Shown here: positions 1 through 9,372 of the stretch, one piece after another
Layout: each line of letters starts with the position of its first letter
How positions within the stretch are numbered: position 1 is the stretch's first letter
Origin: Phormidium sp.
GTDB lineage: Bacteria > Cyanobacteriota > Cyanobacteriia > Cyanobacteriales > Aerosakkonemataceae
Length of the DNA stretch: 64,000 bases
Reading direction: 5' to 3'
Assembly (NCBI GenBank): GCA_051013385.1
Contig: CP143273.1
Span: forward strand, 1,664,001 to 1,728,000
Made by a program: the position numbers and the translations under genes
Notes under the pieces: model-generated
Told to the model about the DNA's origin: nothing
The model's input: only the letters and a program-made list of their open reading frames with translations
The model's database searches: none

Positions 1-2
1 TT

Positions 3-164
3 CTTTTAATTATCTTTTTAATCCCCGCTACTTTGATTTTTCACACTAATTTTGCTGACAGAATGCAAGTAATTCAATTTATGAAAAACTTGGCAATTTT
101 AGGAGGATTATTAATGGTGTATTATTATGGTTCCGGGCGAGTTAGCTTGGATGAAAAAATTTAA
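3..164 (+). CDS. 3' end of a DoxX-family membrane protein (gene starts before the window)
   Basis: Manual translation from nt 3: LLIIFLIPATLIFHTNFADRMQVIQFMKNLAILGGLLMVYYYGSGRVSLDEKI*. FMKNLAILGGLL and the G-x-G-x-x-S-L-D ending are typical of DoxX. Confidence 0.8.
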   Translation, partial: LLIIFLIPATLIFHTNFADRMQVIQFMKNLAILGGLLMVYYYGSGRVSLDEKI

Positions 165-186
165 TTTAAGTAGATTTACTAGTGAA

Positions 187-1161
187 TCAATTTCCGTTAA
201 ACTTACAACTTCCCCGCAAATAATCAAAAATATGTAACCCATATATTTGGGAAAGTTCCTCACAAATTTTCACGCCACGCACACTATTTCCTCGTTCATC
301 CAACAGGGGAGAAAACACTGCTATTCCGATTTTATTTGGTACTACTACAATTAATCCCCCAGAAACGCCACTTTTTGCTGGAAGACCAACTTTATAAGCC
401 CATTCCCCTGCAAAATTGTACATTCCACAGGTATACATCACGCTTAAAATATCGCGCACATAATCACTTTTTACTGCCTGTTCTCCTGTTACCGGATTAA
501 CACCATTATTTGCTAAAGTCGCTGCCATTACTGCTAAATCTTGACAGTTCACCATTAAGGAACATTGCTGAAAATATAAATCTAAAACCTCTTCTATTTT
601 ATGATCGATCATGCCAAAGTTTAGCATTAAATGAGCCATTGCTCGGTTGCGATGTCCGGTAGTTCTTTCGGACATAAACACAGAAATATCAATAAAAATA
701 TCATGACCAATATATCGCCGGAACATCTCCAACATTCGGTTTAATCTTTCTGTTGGGCCGCAACCTTTGATTAAACTAGTAATAGCGATCGCACCAGCAT
801 TTACCATAGGATTATATGGTCGTTTAGATATTTCATCTAATACAATTGAATTAAAAGCATCTCCCGTAGGTTCAACACCAACTTTTTTTAAAACAGCATC
901 TCGACCATGTTCTTCTAGCGCCATTCCATAAACAAAAACTTTAGAAATTGACTGAATTGTAAATAAATGTTGGTAATCCCCGACTGTAAAGATTTGCCCA
1001 TCTATAGTCATGACACAGATACTAAACAATTCCGGGTTGACTTTCGCCAATTCTGGAATATAATTTGCTAACTTCCCTTCTTGTAAATGCTGATATTTAA
1101 GATGCAACTCTTGTAATACGGATAGTAAGGGCGATCGAATAACCTCAGATTCGTTAATCAT
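187..1161 (-). CDS. glsA: Glutaminase A
   Basis: [19 protein letters not shown] (catalytic S-x-x-K), [28 protein letters not shown] and PAKSGVSGG motifs. Confidence 0.95.
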   Translation of the reverse strand: MINESEVIRSPLLSVLQELHLKYQHLQEGKLANYIPELAKVNPELFSICVMTIDGQIFTVGDYQHLFTIQSISKVFVYGMALEEHGRDAVLKKVGVEPTGDAFNSIVLDEISKRPYNPMVNAGAIAITSLIKGCGPTERLNRMLEMFRRYIGHDIFIDISVFMSERTTGHRNRAMAHLMLNFGMIDHKIEEVLDLYFQQCSLMVNCQDLAVMAATLANNGVNPVTGEQAVKSDYVRDILSVMYTCGMYNFAGEWAYKVGLPAKSGVSGGLIVVVPNKIGIAVFSPLLDERGNSVRGVKICEELSQIYGLHIFDYLRGSCKFNGN

Positions 1162-1245
1162 ATTTTGGACAACTTACCTGCAAAATAACCTCAGCTATAA
1201 CAATAACTCGAATTTTCTCTAAAATAGAAGAGAAAAACAACAAAA

Positions 1246-1348
1246 TAGGACTTACGCACCATAAGCCAAGAAACCCGGTTTTTCGTTACTACTCTAACGC
1301 TGAAACAACCCAATTACGTTAAAAAACCGGGTTTCTGCGTAAGTCCTA
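1246..1348. mobile_element. 103-bp MITE-like element, copy 1
   Basis: Terminal inverted repeats TAGGACTTACGCA...TGCGTAAGTCCTA and inner GAAACCCGGTTTTT/AAAAACCGGGTTTC. Near-identical copies at 17695-17797 and 33387-33489. Confidence 0.8.
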
Positions 1349-1381
1349 CAAAAATAACTCTGTAAATCGCAAGATTAGGAA

Positions 1382-2356
1382 ATGTCAATGAAAAAATGGT
1401 GGTTAGCGACTGTCGGATTTACAATCTCAATAGCAATAATTTTAGGCTCTTTCAAGCCCATTTCCGCACAAAATATTCCCCAAATTTATGTCTTTGGTGA
1501 TAGTCTTTCTGATGTAGGCAATGTTTACCTAGCTACTAACGGTAATAGTCCCCCAAGTCCACCTTATTTTAAAGGGCGTTATTCTGATGGCCCTGTTTGG
1601 GTAGAATATCTCGCATCTGAGTTAAAATTAACTTCTAATCTAAATAATAACTTTGCTTATGGAGGTGCTAAAACAGGCGATTCGCAAGATTTACCGCCAG
1701 GAGTTTTAACCCAAATTCAAAGATTTAAAGCTAAAAATTCCAATGCCAATTCTAACGCCCTTTATATTATTTGGGCTGGTGCTAATGATTACTTGGGGGG
1801 CGCGACAAATACTACTACACCTATTAATAATTTAGCTACATCAGTCAAGCGTTTGGCGGAAATTGGGGCGAAAAATATTGTTGTCGTTAACTTGCCAGAT
1901 TTAGGTAAACTTCCCGCTACTCGCACAACTGAACGCGCCAATTTACTCAGCAGTTTAACTCAAAGACATAACTCAGGATTAGCTGCATCTCTAAAAAGTT
2001 TGCGTCAGGAATTTGGTGATACTAATATTCGCTATGTTGATGTTAATGCTTTATTTAATCAAGTTTATAATTCCCCTGGAAAGTACGGATTAAATAACGT
2101 AACTCAACCTTGTTTTCGGGAAGGTGTTGTCTGCGATCGCCCCAACGAATACTTATTTTGGGATGGAATTCATCCTTCAACCGCTGCCCATAAATTATTA
2201 GTAAAATTAGCCTCAGCTAAACTAAAAGCTAATCCCAAATCTGCGGCTAACTCATCAACTAAATTAGTGCTACCTTTAAGTATTCTGATATTTACTATTT
2301 TTGCTGTAAGTTTAATTATGTGGAAGCAAAGAAAACGGATCGGAAATCGTTCTTAA
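1382..2356 (+). CDS. Secreted SGNH/GDSL lipase-esterase with C-terminal membrane anchor
   Basis: N-terminal signal peptide; FGDSLSD, GRYSDG, NFAYGGA, WAGAND and WDGIHPS blocks; C-terminal hydrophobic helix followed by a basic tail. Confidence 0.92.
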   Translation: MSMKKWWLATVGFTISIAIILGSFKPISAQNIPQIYVFGDSLSDVGNVYLATNGNSPPSPPYFKGRYSDGPVWVEYLASELKLTSNLNNNFAYGGAKTGDSQDLPPGVLTQIQRFKAKNSNANSNALYIIWAGANDYLGGATNTTTPINNLATSVKRLAEIGAKNIVVVNLPDLGKLPATRTTERANLLSSLTQRHNSGLAASLKSLRQEFGDTNIRYVDVNALFNQVYNSPGKYGLNNVTQPCFREGVVCDRPNEYLFWDGIHPSTAAHKLLVKLASAKLKANPKSAANSSTKLVLPLSILIFTIFAVSLIMWKQRKRIGNRS

Positions 2357-2417
2357 ACATCAAACTAAAAATTTCCTCTAAAATAGAAGAGAAACTCGCT
2401 AAAACGCCGTAACAAAA

Positions 2418-3437
2418 TTGACTAACTTACCACTAGAAATTAGTATTGTTTTATTTATTGTCTCAGCTGCGGTAATAGTCGTCAGTGGTACTTTCATAGC
2501 TGGAATTGCCGATCGCCTAGCCCAAAAAACCAAACTCGGACAAGCATTAATGGGTGCTTTATTCTTAGGATTTAGCACCTCTTTGCCAGGAATTGTTACT
2601 TCAGTCACCGCCGCTTTAGGTAACTATCCAGTATTAGCATTGAGTAATGCGCTAGGTGATATTGCTGTACAAACAGCGTTTTTAGGAATAGCTGATATCA
2701 CTTATTTAGAAGCGAATTTAGAATACGCTGCGGCTTCTGCTGCAACTTTAACTCAAGGAAGTTTACTAATAGTTTTACTCACCATTCCTTTACTAGCAAC
2801 TGCTTATCCTCTGATTAACTTTTGGGGAATTCATCCTGCTTCTATTGGATTAGTTGTTACTTATATATTTGGCTTGCGTTTAGTATCATCTGCCTACAGT
2901 TCCCCGATGTGGAAAACGCAAGATCCAGAAAATATTGAAACATTAATCGAAGAAAAAGATAATTCTTCAATAATTAAGTTATGGGTATATTTCATATTAC
3001 TTGCTGCCGTTCTAGCTGTTGCTGGCTATGTAGTTGAACAAGCTGGTGTTACTATTGCTAATTCCACCAATCTTTCCGAAAATGCTGTGGGTAGTTTGTT
3101 CACTGCAATTTGTACATCATTGCCGGAATTAGTAACTACGATCGCAGCTGTACAACGTCGCGCATTTACTTTAGCCGTAAGTGGCGTTCTCGGTGGCAAT
3201 AGTTTTGATGTATTAGTTTTAGCTTTGTGCGATCTCGCTGATCACAAAGGTTCAATTTATCACGCTTTAACAGAACACCAAGTATTTCTTTTAGCTTTAA
3301 CTATTTTAATGACTGCAATTCTACTCTTGGGCTTGTTGCGGCGCGAAAAACATGGCATTGGCAACATTGGCTTTGAGAGTTTTCTGTTATTACTGTTGTA
3401 TCTGGGCGGATTTTTGCTAGTGTTTTTTTCCGGCTAA
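2418..3437 (+). CDS. Sodium:calcium antiporter (CaCA family)
   Basis: Multi-TM protein with two alpha-repeats (GFSTSLPG and AICTSLPEL ... GGNSFD). TTG start. Confidence 0.85.
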   Translation: MTNLPLEISIVLFIVSAAVIVVSGTFIAGIADRLAQKTKLGQALMGALFLGFSTSLPGIVTSVTAALGNYPVLALSNALGDIAVQTAFLGIADITYLEANLEYAAASAATLTQGSLLIVLLTIPLLATAYPLINFWGIHPASIGLVVTYIFGLRLVSSAYSSPMWKTQDPENIETLIEEKDNSSIIKLWVYFILLAAVLAVAGYVVEQAGVTIANSTNLSENAVGSLFTAICTSLPELVTTIAAVQRRAFTLAVSGVLGGNSFDVLVLALCDLADHKGSIYHALTEHQVFLLALTILMTAILLLGLLRREKHGIGNIGFESFLLLLLYLGGFLLVFFSG

Positions 3438-3509
3438 AAAATCTGGTAAAACCAAATTTGATTTTACCAGCTTTATACTTGTGCAATACCTGTCTTACTT
3501 TTACTAGAA

Positions 3510-3704
3510 TTAGTAACTATCTTGACCTGGAACTTTCTCAGCGTCTTTGTTTGATGAAGCTAAATTCAAAGCTGCGTCACGGATCGCTTGCCACTGGCAA
3601 AGGAGTTCGTTAACGTTTAAGTCTTTGGATTTGTATTGCTCGATCGCTTCTTCGAGTTCTTGAATATTGTGAAGAACTGGAACTTCATACGTAACTTCTG
3701 ACAT
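3510..3704 (-). CDS. Small hypothetical protein (64 aa)
   Basis: ATG preceded by a GGAGG-type RBS on the minus strand; protein-like composition; no family recognised. Confidence 0.6.
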   Translation of the reverse strand: MSEVTYEVPVLHNIQELEEAIEQYKSKDLNVNELLCQWQAIRDAALNLASSNKDAEKVPGQDSY

Positions 3705-4020
3705 AATCCCACCTCCATTGGCAGTGATAAGGCTGCGATGAACACCTATAGTTTTCTATTGTAATCAGATCGCCAAATAAACTGTATCTGTAATAACAAT
3801 CTGTAACTCTAGTTATTTAAATGTTATCACTAATAACAATTTGTAATTACTTTTAACTTAAGTGAGGTAAATCACTCGTGAAGCTGTCGCCAGTCACTCT
3901 ATATATGGAAGTGCGATCGCAAATTCTCGCCATAACGATCACAAACAATTACTTTGTCAAGTCACCGGAAAAACTGGTTGTAGGGATGAAGATAGAAATA
4001 TGAATTATTGAGGTAACTAT

Positions 4021-4326
4021 ATGACTGTTATTACTAGCAACTATCACAAATCCCCCAGTATTGTAGATTACATTTTACATCCAGTTCGCCAATTTTTAGA
4101 TGACATTGATGTGCGCGATCGCCAATTTGCCCAGCTAGTTTGCCGTTTAATTCCCTCACAATGTCCCTTTGCTAGAGATATTAAAGTGTTTGGGAAAACA
4201 GTTTTACACATTCCCCCTCTTTGTAAAATTAATCCTCTCTACGATCAACTGATGAGTTTACGCTTTCGCGCTTTGTCTTACCTAGCCGATCAATGTGGAG
4301 AAGATATTACCATTTATTGCCTTTAA
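4021..4326 (+). CDS. Mo-dependent nitrogenase C-terminal domain family protein (small cyanobacterial protein)
   Basis: C-RLIP-x-QCPFARD...HIPPLCKINPLYDQL...LRFRAL-YLAD-CGED signature; GAGG RBS. Confidence 0.88.
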   Translation: MTVITSNYHKSPSIVDYILHPVRQFLDDIDVRDRQFAQLVCRLIPSQCPFARDIKVFGKTVLHIPPLCKINPLYDQLMSLRFRALSYLADQCGEDITIYCL

Positions 4327-4358
4327 TTAGTCATTGGTCATTGGTCATTGGTCATTTG
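4327..4358. repeat. STRR-type heptamer tandem repeat (GTCATTG)n between convergent genes
   Basis: ttagtcattggtcattggtcattggtcatttg. Confidence 0.8.
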
Positions 4359-4378
4359 TTAAAGTTAATCACTAACTG

Positions 4379-4876
4379 CTACCATGCTTTCAATAATTTA
4401 TCGAAAAAGCTGGTAACTGTTTCTTTAAATTGGTAGCGTCGATACCACTGCTGAAACGCCCTTTCGTATTCCTCACCATCAGATTGAAAGGTATTCCAGG
4501 CATTTAGTCCTAAACCTAAACCCCACAATAATAAAAGATATAGCGACCAAGTTAAATGTCCAACTACTACAAAGTTGAACAACATTAAAAATGAATTAGT
4601 AATTGCATATCTACCAAAGTGTCTTTTAAATTTACTCCGGCGATATAAGTTAAATTCCTGGCGCTTCCTTTGTTCTCCTTGTCTAGCTACCCATTCTGAT
4701 TCCGCTAATTCTAATGTTTGCGGATCTATATCTAACTCGTCAGCGATTTCCCACAGTTGTTCGCGGGTAAATTCTCCATCGTTAACTTGCCGGGAAATGG
4801 CGATTTGGAGAATTTGTTGGATGTCTTCTTGTTTGTAATAGCGGGTGACTTGGTTGTTTTGAGATGTTGGTGTCAT
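4379..4876 (-). CDS. 2TM-domain protein
   Basis: Y-x-QEDIQQIL...EIADELDI N-terminus followed by FKRH...N-F...W-L...WGLGL two-helix domain, a common cyanobacterial family. Confidence 0.8.
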   Translation of the reverse strand: MTPTSQNNQVTRYYKQEDIQQILQIAISRQVNDGEFTREQLWEIADELDIDPQTLELAESEWVARQGEQRKRQEFNLYRRSKFKRHFGRYAITNSFLMLFNFVVVGHLTWSLYLLLLWGLGLGLNAWNTFQSDGEEYERAFQQWYRRYQFKETVTSFFDKLLKAW

Positions 4877-5182
4877 GGGATTTTTTATTTAAACTGCAAA
4901 AGTTGATCTTAAATTTTTATATTTTCTAGGTTAGGTCTTGTGATTCTGACTTATGCTTTTTTTTGAACCACTCCAGACGCTCCAGGACGCAGAGAAAGAG
5001 AGGAGGGGTACTCTTATATTATGCCGAAATTGTTAGGTATTTTGTTCGCGATCGGCAAAACCGAACCTTAAATGACGGAAAATACGAAAGTTTAAAAATG
5101 AAAACAATAGTTACATTTTGTCACAATTAAAGATAACAGAGGATAAAATTATCTTCTATAAGCTGAAATCAGAGGCAACCAA

Positions 5183-6277
5183 ATGAACGGTTCTATTCGC
5201 ATTGGTAATTTATTTGGCATTCCCTTTTTCGTCCATCCCACTTGGTTTTTCATTTTGGGGTTGGTGACGTTAAGCTATAGCAGCCAACTGGGTTTAGTAC
5301 TGGGATTAATTGTAGCTTTATCGCTATTTGCCTCTGTCTTGGCGCATGAACTAGGACATAGTTTCGCTGCTATTCGTCAGGGAATAGAAGTCAAATCAAT
5401 TACTTTGTTTTTGTTTGGTGGTTTGGCTAATTTAGCGGAAGAATCTAAGACTCCAGCAGGGGCTTTTTGGGTGGCGATCGCAGGCCCATTAGTTAGTTTT
5501 CTGCTGTTTGGATTGTTCACATTTCTTAGTGTGGGCGCTGGCATTTATGGGCCTTGGGCAGTAGTTTTAGGATTGCTAGCTTATACTAACCTCGCATTGG
5601 GTTTATTTAACTTAATTCCTGGCTTACCTTTAGATGGTGGAAATGTTCTGAAAGCCCTGGTTTGGAAAATCACTGGTAATCCTTTTAAAGGTGTGATTTT
5701 CGCTGGTAGATTTGGTCAAATTTTTGGTTTACTAGGAATTAGTTTCGGGCTATCAATTGTTTTAGGATTCTTGGGAAGAGGCTTGGCAGGTGGTTTGTGG
5801 TACGCTTTAATTGGTTGGTTCTTGTTCCAAAATGCTGGTCGTGCTACTCAATATGCTAAATTGCAAAATCAACTCACCAATTTGAAAGCTGAAGAAGCAG
5901 TAAATCCTAACAGTCCAATTGTTTTAGAGTCGATTTCTTTGCGAAAGTTAGCTAATGATTATGTGATTGGTAAAGATCTTTGGCGCAAGTTTTTAGTCAT
6001 CGATGAACAAGGACGGTTAGTAGGAGAAATGGCTATTGATGACATGAGAACTGTTTCCACCGATCTTTGGCCCTTCACTCCAGTAAGAGAACTGACAAAA
6101 CCTGTAGATCAAACTAAGGTAGTAAGTTCTAATCAATCTTTGCTTGATGTGGCAAAGTTAATCGAACAAACTAATGTTACTGAACTACCTGTGGTTCAAG
6201 CTGATGGTGTGTTAGTAGGATTGTTGGAAAAAGATTCGATCGCCAAACTGTTAGAAGCAAAACTACAAAAACGCTAA
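5183..6277 (+). CDS. Site-2 protease (M50) with C-terminal CBS domains
   Basis: HELGH zinc motif, FNLIPGLPLDGG motif, multiple TM helices, CBS-like tail (LPVVQADGVLVGLL). Confidence 0.93.
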   Translation: MNGSIRIGNLFGIPFFVHPTWFFILGLVTLSYSSQLGLVLGLIVALSLFASVLAHELGHSFAAIRQGIEVKSITLFLFGGLANLAEESKTPAGAFWVAIAGPLVSFLLFGLFTFLSVGAGIYGPWAVVLGLLAYTNLALGLFNLIPGLPLDGGNVLKALVWKITGNPFKGVIFAGRFGQIFGLLGISFGLSIVLGFLGRGLAGGLWYALIGWFLFQNAGRATQYAKLQNQLTNLKAEEAVNPNSPIVLESISLRKLANDYVIGKDLWRKFLVIDEQGRLVGEMAIDDMRTVSTDLWPFTPVRELTKPVDQTKVVSSNQSLLDVAKLIEQTNVTELPVVQADGVLVGLLEKDSIAKLLEAKLQKR

Positions 6278-6346
6278 CTTTTTGAAGGCAGAAGGTAAGA
6301 GGTAAAACTTAGGTTAATTTCACTTACTCGCCAACTGCTACAAGTT

Positions 6347-7045
6347 CTAGTCCAGCAACCAAGTATTAGAGGCGAAATCATCTGAATTATCAGTTGCTTG
6401 TGAGGGGAAATGTAAGTGTTTCCCTTCTTTTCTTATTTGTCTAACTGGTAATTGTGCGGGTTTTGTTGCTAATGGTGCAGGTTTTGTTGCTAATGGTGCG
6501 GGTTTGGGTTGTAAGTCTTCCAATTTCTTTCTTAACTGTTTTACCTCTTCTTCAATTTCCGAGTTAGCATTTGCTAATTGCAGGGAAGTTTTCTTAGCTT
6601 CGTCTAACTCTTTTTTCATTTGGTTAGTTTTTTCTAACTTTTGTTCCTGCTGTTTGAGCAATTTTTTCTGGCTGTCTAATTCCGATCGCAATTCCGTCAG
6701 TTCTTTTTCTAGCTTGGCTTCATTTTGCTGGGATTTGATCAAGTGCGATCGTAATTCCCCAATTTCTTTTTGCAAACTTGCTTCATTATCTTTAGCTGTG
6801 TCTAAAGTTGCTTGCAATTTGGCTACTGTTGTTTCTAATTCGGCTTTAGTGGGTGTGTTGTGTTTCGCAGAAGTTTTATCATTTGTGCTAACTTCTTCTG
6901 TTACTTCCTCCGCTGTAACTTCCACTGCTTCAACTACTGGCACATCGATGACTCCGTTATCATTATTGTTAACAGTTTCTTCTTCGGAATTTGTGCCTTT
7001 TTTTGCTTCTTGACGCAGTAAGTCAGAAAGATTTTTCCTTGCCAT
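6347..7045 (-). CDS. Coiled-coil hypothetical protein downstream of parA (probable start MARKNLSDLL; ORF track start 7060)
   Basis: Long heptad coiled coil, KPAPLAT repeats and a conserved-looking WLLD end. A GGAGG RBS at the end of parA precedes the ATG at 7045. Confidence 0.7.
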   Translation of the reverse strand: MARKNLSDLLRQEAKKGTNSEEETVNNNDNGVIDVPVVEAVEVTAEEVTEEVSTNDKTSAKHNTPTKAELETTVAKLQATLDTAKDNEASLQKEIGELRSHLIKSQQNEAKLEKELTELRSELDSQKKLLKQQEQKLEKTNQMKKELDEAKKTSLQLANANSEIEEEVKQLRKKLEDLQPKPAPLATKPAPLATKPAQLPVRQIRKEGKHLHFPSQATDNSDDFASNTWLLD

Positions 7046-7050
7046 AATTG

Positions 7051-7680
7051 TTACCTCCAATCTCGCTGTAATTCGTTAGCAACTCGGCGGTAGTCAGCTT
7101 CAGCCTCCCGCGCATTTTTGCCGCGCCAATGTGTAATTGGTACGCCATCTAAAGCGGCTCTTTCGTGAGCTTTATAAGCCCGAACAAAAGCATGACAAGC
7201 GGGGATTCCTAGTTCTAAAAGCGTGTTTTGCGCTTCTAGTGCTTCGCCCAAACTCCGCGAATCAACTTTTGTTAACAACACACGATGGGCGATACCTTTC
7301 GGTGTCACTGCTTCCCTGACTGTTTCAATCAGTACGGCTAAATCCATTGGTGCTGGAGGTGTGGGCAAAACTAGATAATCTGCGATCGCTATCACGGCTG
7401 CTAGTGCTTCCGAGTGCAGCGCCGGAGGTGTGTCTACCACAACTAAATCATAGCCTTCAATCTTGCGTAGGCGATTCAAAAGTTTAGGATTTGTTTCTTG
7501 GGCTAAGTCAAATCCCCAGGAATCCTTACTTCGCCCAAACCACCAACTGGCGGAACCTTGAATATCTGCATCAACTAAAAGAACTTCTGATTTCTCCGCG
7601 AGGGTTGCAGCTAAATTAATAGCTGTAGTCGTTTTTCCTACGCCCCCCTTACCGTTTAGAATTGCGATGATTTTAGGCAC
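7051..7680 (-). CDS. ParA/MinD-family ATPase (short orphan type)
   Basis: Deviant Walker A KGGVGKTT, LVDADIQGS, VVVDTPP. Confidence 0.92.
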   Translation of the reverse strand: MPKIIAILNGKGGVGKTTTAINLAATLAEKSEVLLVDADIQGSASWWFGRSKDSWGFDLAQETNPKLLNRLRKIEGYDLVVVDTPPALHSEALAAVIAIADYLVLPTPPAPMDLAVLIETVREAVTPKGIAHRVLLTKVDSRSLGEALEAQNTLLELGIPACHAFVRAYKAHERAALDGVPITHWRGKNAREAEADYRRVANELQRDWR

Positions 7681-7795
7681 TGCTTACTTCCGACGCTCAC
7701 TTTCCAGAATATACCGCTTTCCTCGACTTTTATCTTAATTTTTTTATATTTAGTAAATAGGTTTTACTGATCAGTAATTGGTAGTCGGTAGATTT

Positions 7796-7868
7796 GTAGG
7801 GGCGAAGCATTCCGGTAATAATTGGTTGGTTGAACCCAAATATATCTGCCGGAATACTCCGCCCCTAC
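7796..7868. repeat. GTAG-tagged REP-like palindromic element
   Basis: GTAGGGGCGAAGCATTCCGG...CCGGAATACTCCGCCCCTAC; related copy at 53793-53867 and a degenerate one near 30184-30279. Confidence 0.75.
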
Positions 7869-7941
7869 TCAAGGATTCTCTGGCATTTGTCAAGTAGAAA
7901 TTGGCAGAATAAAGTAGTAGGAAATTTACGAAAGTATATTT

Positions 7942-9288
7942 ATGACGCTCGATCGCACTCTTCCCGATGGGCCAAAAATGCCCGTATTTCTCCGCCTCCT
8001 CAAGTTTGTTACTCGCCCAATAGATTATGTGGAAGACTTTGCCAAAATTTATGGCGATTCCTTCACTGTCGGAGGAAGAAATACTCCCCTGGTTTACTTC
8101 AGCCAACCCGAAGCACTGCAAACAATTTTTGCGGCTGATGCTAATCATTTAGAGGCGGGTGGGGGAAACACTGGTTTATCATTTCTGTTAGGAACCAACT
8201 CGTTATTAGCTTTAGAGGGCGATCGTCATCAGCGCGAACGTCAACTTTTAACGCCTCCATTTCACGGCGAAAGAATGCGAAATTATGGTCAAACTATTGA
8301 GGAGATTACCCAACAGGTAATCGCTCAATGGAAAGTTGGCAAATCTTTTAATGTTCGTGAGTCAATGCAAGAAATTTCCCTGCGCGTAATCTTGCGAGTT
8401 GTGTTCGGTTTAGATGAAGGAGGAAATTTACAACAACTGCGACAAAAAATCAGTTCATTGTTAGAATTTCTCGGTTCTCCCTTGTTATCTTTCGCCTTAT
8501 TTTTTGGCTTTCTCCAAAAAGATTTAGGTGCTTGGAGTCCTTGGGGTTGGGCATTGCGCCAAATCAAAGAAATTGACGACATTGTTTATGCTTTAATCAG
8601 GGAACGTCGAGCCGAAAACAACTCAAATCGCCAAGATATTCTCAGTTTAATGATGTCAGCGCGTGATGAAAATAATCAACCAATGACTGATGTGGAATTA
8701 CGGGATGAATTAATGACATTATTAATTGCGGGACATGAAACTACTGCTTCCGCATTAACTTGGGCGTTGTATTGGATCGATCGCTTACCCAAAGTCCGAG
8801 AAAAGCTGGTAAATGAATTAGAAACTTTAGGAGAAAACCCAGATCCAACTATTATTGCCAGATTGCCTTATTTAACAGCACTCTGTCAAGAAACACTGCG
8901 AATTTATCCCATTGTTATGAATGGCTTTCCCCGTCGCGTAAAAACTCCGATCGAAATTATGGGTTATAAATTAGAAACTGGAACAGTAATTATTCCCAGC
9001 ATTTATTTAGCTCATCACCGAGAAGAAGTTTACCCCCAACCAAAGGAATTTAAACCAGAACGCTTTTTAGAAAAGCAGTTTTCACCTTATGAATATTTGC
9101 CCTTTGGTGGAGGAACTCGACGTTGTATTGGTATGGCTTTTGCTCAGTATGAAATGAAGTTAGCTTTAGCAACAATTCTGTCACGTTTTCAAGTTTCTTT
9201 AGTTAATAAACGCCCAGTGCGCCCAGTGCGTCGAGGCTTAACTTTAGCAGCACCCGCAGGAATGCGAATGGTAGCAAATTTGATTTAG
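7942..9288 (+). CDS. Cytochrome P450 (CYP110-like)
   Basis: AGHETT I-helix, ETLR, PERF and heme-binding PFGGGTRRCIG. Confidence 0.95.
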   Translation: MTLDRTLPDGPKMPVFLRLLKFVTRPIDYVEDFAKIYGDSFTVGGRNTPLVYFSQPEALQTIFAADANHLEAGGGNTGLSFLLGTNSLLALEGDRHQRERQLLTPPFHGERMRNYGQTIEEITQQVIAQWKVGKSFNVRESMQEISLRVILRVVFGLDEGGNLQQLRQKISSLLEFLGSPLLSFALFFGFLQKDLGAWSPWGWALRQIKEIDDIVYALIRERRAENNSNRQDILSLMMSARDENNQPMTDVELRDELMTLLIAGHETTASALTWALYWIDRLPKVREKLVNELETLGENPDPTIIARLPYLTALCQETLRIYPIVMNGFPRRVKTPIEIMGYKLETGTVIIPSIYLAHHREEVYPQPKEFKPERFLEKQFSPYEYLPFGGGTRRCIGMAFAQYEMKLALATILSRFQVSLVNKRPVRPVRRGLTLAAPAGMRMVANLI

Positions 9289-9293
9289 AATGG

Positions 9294-9360
9294 GTACGTT
9301 GTTGCGCTTCAGCGCTCTTATTACTAATCTTGATAAGAGCGCTAAAGCGCAACAACGTAC
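9294..9360. terminator. 28-bp inverted repeat between convergent genes; possible bidirectional terminator or REP-like element
   Basis: GTACGTTGTTGCGCTTCAGCGCTCTTAT / ATAAGAGCGCTAAAGCGCAACAACGTAC with one mismatch. Confidence 0.6.
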
Positions 9361-9372
9361 TAATCTTAATCT

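Noticed and set aside
3770..3850. NtcA binding site (GTA-N8-AAC-like sequences)
   Set aside because: No exact GTA-N8-TAC match; weak matches are expected in AT-rich DNA.
4021..4326. Evidence for nitrogen fixation
   Set aside because: This domain family is widespread in cyanobacteria regardless of diazotrophy, and no nif genes are present.
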